Below, piece by piece: positions 58,120 through 64,000 of a stretch of 64,000 nucleotides of DNA (position 1 is the stretch's first letter; every line of letters starts with the position of its first letter). A program made the position numbers and the translations under genes. This DNA comes from the human T2T-CHM13v2.0 reference genome, Homo sapiens, in NCBI RefSeq assembly GCF_009914755.1, contig NC_060947.1; one strand, written 5' to 3'. The notes under the pieces were generated by a model, which did no database searches, had not been told where the DNA came from, and worked only from the letters and a program-made list of their open reading frames with translations.

Positions 58120-58571
58120 TTGTTTTTAGTTGAATTGGGTCCTTCAAAAAGATATGTTGAAGTCCTAATCCCAAGAACCTGTGAATGTGACCTTATTTGA
58201 AAATATCTTATTTGCAGATGTAATCAATTTAAGATGAGGTCATACTGGATTAGGTGGGCCATTAATCCATTACTGATGTCCTTATAAAGAAGATACACAA
58301 AGACAGAGACACAGGGGAAAACACTGTGTCTGTGAAGACAGAAGAAGAGGTTAAAGTGATGAATTTGCAAGCCAAAAGATACTACAACTTGATGGCAAAA
58401 GCTAGGAGAGAGGCATGGAATAGATTCTCCATCAGAGCCTCCAGAAGGAACTAACCCTGCCATCACCTTGATTTCAAACTTCTAAACTACAGAACTGAGG
58501 CAATAAATTCCTGTTGTTTTAAGCCACTCTGTTTGTGGCAATTCATTATGGCAGCCCTAGGAAATAAACAC
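58120..58571 (+). mobile_element. MLT1B/C LTR
   Basis: AAAAGATATGTTGAAGTCCTAA..GAATGTGACCTTATTTG..TTGCAGATGTAATC..GCAGCCCTAGGAAA. Confidence 0.85.
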
Positions 58572-58733
58572 ATCCCTCCAGGCACTCTTTGTGTCTCAGG
58601 CCCCTGAGAATTTTAGTCTCTTTCCCAGTCCATACTTTACTGTGCTGTTCAGTTTACCTGCAACCATACCAAGTTAGAGAATTAGGGCTGGTCCTACTGT
58701 AGGTGAAGTTTGTTTTCCCCCATTGCTCTAAAC

Positions 58734-58910
58734 CAGTGGTTCTCAAACTTCAGTGTGTTCAGAAGCACCTGAAGACATGAAAGACTTGTAAAACCCTGAT
58801 TGCCAGTCTACCTTCAGAATCTCTGATTCAGTAGGTCTGGAGTAGGGCCTGATAATTTGCATTTCTAACAACTTTCCAGCTGATGCTGATGCTGATGCTG
58901 ATGCTGACAG
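58734..58910 (+). mobile_element. MER5A (hAT-Charlie) with expanded (GCTGAT)n
   Basis: CAGTGGTTCTCAAACTT..CTGATTCAGTAGGTCTGG..AATTTGCATTTCTAACAA. Confidence 0.88.
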
Positions 58911-59205
58911 TCAATAGCAGCCCACTAGTACCATGTGGTCTCCAGATAAGCTGGGTCATTCATCTGATTCTTTCAATAAAAGTCAGTAGAGACTAGACCT
59001 CTATCTCTGTCATTACACAAATTGTTTATAGCTTTGTATTTTATTTTGGGCTGCAATAACAGAATTTTTAAAAGGCTTACCAAATAGTCGAAAGATTTAT
59101 CTTAATGATAATATGCTAAACCAAAACAAAAAGAAACAAAGATAAATTTCATTCAGTATTATTTTTGTAAAAAATAATCTGCAAAGTACTCATTTCAAAC
59201 AAGCT

Positions 59206-59211
59206 TTTATT
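59206..59211 (-). terminator. Candidate AATAAA polyadenylation signal ending a ~1.1 kb AU-rich putative 3' UTR of the NAP1L-like locus
   Basis: TTTATT on plus, with U/GU-rich sequence downstream on the minus strand (~59120-59177). Alternative hexamers at ~59040 and ~59379. Inference only. Confidence 0.35.
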
Positions 59212-61569
59212 TTTTAACATGAACAAATGCTGTCAAATATATATGTAAAATGTAAGAGTAAAGTCAGATATCAGTTGATATCATTTTTGTGTAATGAACT
59301 TTAGCAAAACCAGTTGTTTGAGCTACTGAAAACTAGAACATCCATGAAGAGGAAATTAATTTCTTCTTTCTCCATCTATTTATTTCTCTGCCTCCAAGCT
59401 GTAAGATGAAATAAGAAACAATTAACATTTGTACACCATTAACATGCACTAATAACTTTCTAAATCTATGAGTCAACCCTGTATACATCTGTTGTCTCAA
59501 TAAGGAGAAAACAAAACATTTTCCTCTTGTAACACAGACCCTTGGATGTTAGCATGCTCATACATTCGATGATTTCAATGATCAGATCATATTAACCTTG
59601 TTGCCCTCTTGTGCACCACTAGCAATGCTTGTTTTTTTCTTGAGAGGTCACTTTATGAATTCCATAAATCTTTCCACCTTAAAAGTCTGTTCTCTTTACA
59701 CAAGCCATATATATTCCAGACCCTCAGTTTCCATGTGAGAATGAGGCTGTTATCAGACATCCACAGATAAGAAAATTCAGAAAGATAGTGAAAGGCAATA
59801 AAGAAAATATAAGCTAAGACTTAATTACCAATTCAGTGATAAATGATAACTTACTAATTTCTATTCTTTTGAATGTCATATGAAATAAAAAGATATAAAC
59901 AGAACTAATATTTATGTAGTAATCACAAAGTGTGGTCTCACTTGAAATCCTTAACTTTTTACTACCTTGTAAGTACAGTAGTCAACCTTCTCAAAGACAT
60001 TATTAATACAAGAGACTACATTTCTCTGGTAGAGCGATTAAGGCCAAACTAGTGCATGGCCCAGCCACTTTGCTGCTCCTTCTTCTTGTGACCTTTCTCT
60101 AAACAAATATTGATCTCCACTACTGAGTCTAATAGATTTCCCATCTGTAGCAATCTTAGAGCTACAAGATAAAGGACTTGTAGCTATGACTGAAGTACAT
60201 TTCAGAACATATTGCCTTCTATTTATCTAATATGAAAATACATTATCAACATTAAACTGTTTTAATTTTACCAATATTTTGCTTACTTAGCTTACAGAGA
60301 AAAATTAAAAACATAACACTGCTAGTAAAAGGTATATGTCAGAAGTGGTTAGCTAATACTCAAGACTATACATGAATACCTGGATTTTTTGAAGGGGCTG
60401 TGCTCTGCTGAGTCCAGATCCTTTTCAAGTCCTTCTTCCAGTTCTTCATTTTCATCCTCTTCTCTCTCCTTCTTGCCTCCAGCTTCTTGAGCCTCCTCAT
60501 CAGAATTTTCATACTTATATTCAGCCGCTTCTTTAGAGAAGAATAATTCAGATATTGGGAGACGTTCTTGGAAAAGGTATTCCAGTTTATCCTCAGTAGC
60601 CGTATCCCATACTCTATGCTCAGCAGAACCTGGGGAATAGAAATATGTAGGGGAAAAAGAATAGCTGAGAATGTTCCTACTGGTAAGTACAACACTTCCA
60701 GGACCCTCACATTTTTGCTTCTTGATATTTTTCACCATAATATTTTTCCCCTCTTTCCAACAGATCTCACACCCTGTGCTGCTGATTGTTCCTGGCCCTT
60801 GAGAGAAGAGATCGGAATCATCTGGGTCTGATAATATTTGACATGTTTTTGTCAGAACTTCACTTCACTGAAAAATATTTCTATAACTTAAATTTTGTGG
60901 TGAAGCTCATTGGTTTCTCAACCCCTGAAAGATTTATTTTCACATCTTTCAAGTGCTCTAGTACAAGTTCATCATTTTCTGGGATCATCCTACCAAAAAT
61001 CCTTACATTTTTAAAAGCTGTCAACCTAAAGCGAGGTATTCCATCTATTTGTCCTTTGTTTTCATGCTCTTTCCATTTCCTCCCAAGCTCCTTCCTTCCT
61101 GACCACCTACTTCCCACTGACATTCACTTTCTACGGGCTCATACATTACACTGATAATCTCAGATCTTTTATCAAACAGAGGTTGATAAAAGGAAGCACA
61201 TTTTTTTCAAGACCGTAAAGACCTTTATAGACTTGAGCTTCTACTTGTGCATATGCTGCCTGAAGTTTCCTGACAGCATTGACCCGCTGCTGAACCAAGG
61301 CAGGTAGGGTCTGAGCAACTAAGCCAGCTGTGCCAATAGAAGTTGCAAGGGCCCCCCAGGACTTTGCTGCCACTCTCAGGCCTCAGCCCCCTACGTTGCA
61401 CAGGCCCCAGTCTCCAAGGATTTGCAGGCATCAGCCAGCACCTCACTCTCACAGGCCTCCACCTCCCCTGCCGTTTCCTCTGCCTGCAGGAATGCAGCGA
61501 CCTCTGCAGGTTCCTCTGGCTCCCCGGGCAAGGCTCCTTCTGCCAGGTACACGCCCTGCCAGACCTCGG

Positions 61570-61697
61570 CTCCCACTCCTGGGTCCTCCTGCTCCCGGGT
61601 GCGCTCACTCCCAGATGCTCCTGTTCCCAGGTCCTCCCGCTCCCGGGTCCTCCTGCTCCCAGATCCTCCCACTCCCGGATCCTCCCACTCCCCTGGC
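61570..61697. repeat. 16-bp tandem repeat, 8 copies (consensus CTCCYRCTCCCRGRTC)
   Basis: Units: ctcccactcctgggtc, ctcctgctcccgggtg, cgctcactcccagatg, ctcctgttcccaggtc, ctcccgctcccgggtc, ctcctgctcccagatc, ctcccactcccggatc, ctcccactcccctggc. Confidence 0.88.
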
Positions 61698-61874
61698 GCA
61701 AGTGTCTCTCCCCGCTCCTCATGTTCCTGGAAACAGCACGCAGTCTGCATGGGGCCGGACCAGGATATGGTCTTTATATTAATAATAAATACAGTATAGA
61801 AAGAAATGGACCAGATACTGGAATAGGGACTGAAACGTCACCATGGGAACTCACAGGCGCCACAAGCAATTTCT

Positions 61875-62245
61875 GCATCCTCTTTGTTGTCCTTTTCCTT
61901 CTCCTCCTTGTCCTCATCCTCAGCCTCCTCCTCGTCCTCCTCTTTGTCTTCATCCTCTTCCTCTTCTTCACAGCCCTCCTCCACTCCTTCATAGTCCTCC
62001 TCCTCTCCTTCATAGTCCTCCTCTCTTTCATAAACCTCCTCCTCTCCTTCATAATCCTCCTCCTCTCCTTCTTCTTCTTCCTCCCCCTCTCCTTCTTCTT
62101 CTTCCTCCCCCTCTTCACCCTCCTCCTCCTCCTCAAATTCCTCCTCCTCCTTTTCCTCCTCAAATTCTTCTTCCTCCTCCTCTCCCAGCTCCTCCTCCTC
62201 TCCCAGTTCCTCCTCCTCTCCTAGCTCCTCCTCCTCTTCTACTAG
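61875..62245 (-). repeat. (GAR)n-rich purine tract encoding a Glu/Gly/Asp-rich segment, with 18-bp (EEEELG) and 21-bp (EEEDYEG) sub-repeats
   Basis: Track ORF 61838-62284 on minus; the plus strand is nearly all C/T. Confidence 0.9.
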
Positions 62246-62471
62246 CTGAAAAAAACCAGTTCTCGATGGGGACCCAGGCCTCATCTTCCTCCTCCTCCAA
62301 AACAGCTTCTATTGCCTCCTGGAAATCCTCAGGGGCTACCTCTGCCTCGGCTTCAGCCACCCATTCTTCAGGCACCAAGGCACTCCCGATGAATCCAGGG
62401 TCCAGGGCTGCCCCGTCACAAGCTCCACTCTGGCTATGTTGGGCCAGGTCTCACTTCTCAGAGGTAGACAT

Positions 62472-62830
62472 GGCAGGAGGGACTCACCAGTCAGGACCTC
62501 AACTGGAGCAACAAATGGGGCTGCAGCGACAAAGGCAGCAAAGATGGCGGCCACCCAGATCACTGCCGCTGAGGAGAGGGAGTCCGCTGGCAGTCAGGCC
62601 TGCTGCAAAGTGGTGGGGGTGGCAGAGAAGGCGGCCAAATGGGAGACAACAGTCTGTGATAGTGGCTGTGGAAGCCCCGGAACACGAAGGTGGGGCGAAG
62701 TGGGACCCGCCAAGGCTGCCACTAAAATGGCTGCTGACAAGGTCAGCCACAGGGGCAGAGCCTGGATGGGTCAACAAATGGCAACTTCCCTTCTTACAAG
62801 CTGTAAACTCACTTGCTGAGACGTGACAAT
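62472..62830 (-). promoter_or_regulatory. GC-rich putative promoter/5' UTR with clustered YY1-type motifs
   Basis: AAGATGGCGGC (62541-62551), AAAATGGCTGC (62724-62734) and a weaker CAAATGGCAAC (62775-62785); several CpGs retained; lies directly upstream of a Kozak-context ATG (CCTGCCATG, minus, 62471). Confidence 0.5.
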
Positions 62831-63226
62831 GGAGATGCTCTGTGTCTAATGAGTGAGCAAGGTCCTCAGTTTCCCTTGAGGCCTCAGGGCGCTGGGCTAC
62901 CCACCCCTGCTGCCCCTCACTGAGCTCACACAAGTGTGGTCCTTTTAATCCTACCGTTGCCAACAAACTATAGTGTTCTGATATGCTGGGCCTCCTGGGG
63001 CATGTGACCTTAATTTGTTTCCCAGTTTCCACCTGGAGACACCTTGTGCCAGTAGGGACACTGTCATAAATAAATAAATAAATCAGTATATAGATCAAAT
63101 ATCAGTGATGGTACAGAGAGAGAATTTGGATATTTTAGCATTATTAAATCTACTTAGAAAAGAATACATAAAGTTTAAATGGATGCGGTCAGAACGGAGT
63201 TGAAGAAGTGTTAAAAACAGGAAAAT

Positions 63227-64000
63227 GGGGAGGAGCCAAGATGGCCGAATAGGAACAGCTCCGGTCTACAGCTCCCAGCGTGAGCGACGCAGAAGACGGG
63301 TGATTTCTGCATTTCCATCTGAGGTACCGGGTTCATCTCACTAGGGAGTGCCAGACAGTGGGCGCAGGCCAGTGTGTGTGCGCACCGTGCGCGAGCCGAA
63401 GCAGGGCGAGGCATTGCCTCACCTGGGAAGCGCAAGGGGTCAGGGAGTTCCCTTTCCGAGTCAAAGAAAGGGGTGACGGACGCACCTGGAAAATCGGGTC
63501 ACTCCCACCCGAATATTGCGCTTTTCAGACCGGCTTAAGAAACGGCCCACCACGAGACTATATCCCACACCTGGCTCAGAGGGTCCTACGCCCACGGAAT
63601 CTCGCTGATTGCTAGCACAGCAGTCTGAGATCAAACTGCAAGGCGGCAACGAGGCTGGGGGAGGGGCGCCCGCCATTGCCCAGGCTTGCTTAGGTAAACA
63701 AAGCAGCCGGGAAGCTCGAACTGGGTGGAGCCCACCACAGCTCAAGGAGGCCTGCCTGCCTCTGTAGGCTCCACCTCTGGGGGCAGGGCACAGACAAACA
63801 AAAAGACAGCAGTAACCTCTGCAGACTTAAGTGTCCCTGTCTGACAGCTTTGAAGAGAGCAGTGGTTCTCCCAGCACGCAGCTGGAGATCTGAGAACGGG
63901 CAGACTGCCTCCTCAAGTGGGTCCCTGACCCCTGACCCCCGAGCAGCCTAACTGGGAGGCACCCCCAGCAGGGGCACACTGACACCTCACACGGCAGGGT
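63227..64000 (+). mobile_element. L1HS 5' UTR (intact 5' end, probably a full-length element continuing past the window); not Ta-1d
   Basis: GGGGAGGAGCCAAGATGGCCGAATAGGAACAGC start with intact YY1 site, CpGs largely preserved, L1HS-type GACGGACGCACC and GACTTAAGTGTCC. G present at ~nt 74 and C at ~nt 711. Preceded by an EN site TT|AAAA (63211-63216); predicted TSD AAAAACAGGAAAAT. Confidence 0.95.
63461..63676 (-). CDS. LINE-1 ORF0 (71 aa, antisense-promoter ORF), open
   Basis: MAGAPPPASLPPCSLISDCCASNQRDSVGVGPSEPGVGYSLVVGRFLSRSEKRNIRVGVTRFSRCVRHPFL* is the known primate L1 ORF0, apparently with one R>G change relative to the consensus as I recall it. Confidence 0.85.
   Translation of the reverse strand: MAGAPPPASLPPCSLISDCCASNQRDSVGVGPSEPGVGYSLVVGRFLSRSEKRNIRVGVTRFSRCVRHPFL

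Larger units (their letters stand above)
60349..62471 (-). pseudogene. NAP1L4P2: Intronless NAP1L-family (nucleosome assembly protein 1-like) retro-pseudogene: NAP domain at ~60349-61330 plus a long acidic/repetitive N-terminal extension
   Basis: Stitched minus-strand frames give TLPALVQQRVNAVRKLQ..EK/KCASFYQPLFDKRSEIISVMYEPVESECQW../GIPRFRLTAFKNV..ENDELVLEHLKDVK..PMSF../SEVLTKT..DPDDSDLF..TGCEICWKEGKNIMVKNIKK..FQERLP..acidic tail. This is collinear with NAP1L1/NAP1L4 (LPRVVKRRVNALKNLQ, YQPLFDKR, GIPEFWLTVFKNV, TGCQIDWKKGKNV). Multiple stops and frameshifts. The family call is firm; the symbol comes from unverified recollection of the locus. Confidence 0.88.

Noticed and set aside
60349-61373. 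Identification as NAP1L2, NAP1L3, NAP1L5 or NAP1L6P
   Set aside because: The frame is multiply disrupted and the peptides do not match those proteins as I recall them; only the family assignment is firm.
61774-62163. Arg/Lys-rich, protamine-like 129-aa ORF on minus
   Set aside because: Alternative frame of the (GAG/GAA)n tract with no independent support.
62436-62819. Plus-strand ORF containing AAGATGGCG in Kozak-like context
   Set aside because: No recognisable homology; the motif is better explained as a YY1 site in the minus-strand leader.
61343-62826. Long plus-strand ORFs of 293 aa (Leu/Phe-rich) and 327 aa (Pro-rich)
   Set aside because: Antisense shadows of the Glu-rich purine tract; C/T-rich strands lack stop codons, and the real homology (NAP domain) is on minus.

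Overview
Human-type, repeat-dense, apparently intergenic DNA with no recognisable exons of an intact protein-coding gene. Most of the window is interspersed repeats, assigned by eye from remembered consensus sequences, so subfamily calls are approximate: a disrupted L1PA5/6-like LINE-1 (1-5079), older L1M/L1PB/L2/MIR copies, seven Alu copies or monomers, ERVL/MaLR LTRs, hAT-Charlie MITEs, a Y3 RNA retropseudogene and a ~2.5 kb AT-rich minisatellite. The most notable locus is at the right end. It is an intronless, minus-strand nucleosome-assembly-protein (NAP1L-family) retrocopy whose reconstructed reading frame (~62471 to 60349, ~700 codons) adds a long Glu-rich and repeat-derived N-terminus. 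It also has a YY1-motif-rich 5' region and a repeat-free AU-rich 3' region, so it looks more like a once-functional retrogene that decayed than a dead-on-arrival copy. About 450 bp upstream of its YY1 cluster, head-to-head, is the 5' UTR of a human-specific L1HS with an intact YY1 site and open ORF0, whose antisense promoter points into the pseudogene. From unverified recollection the locus resembles NAP1L4P2 on Xq22.3. Other notable structures are three retrotransposons stacked at one L1-endonuclease site, a ~126 bp near-perfect hairpin, a 5'-inverted L1 and a consensus RFX X-box.
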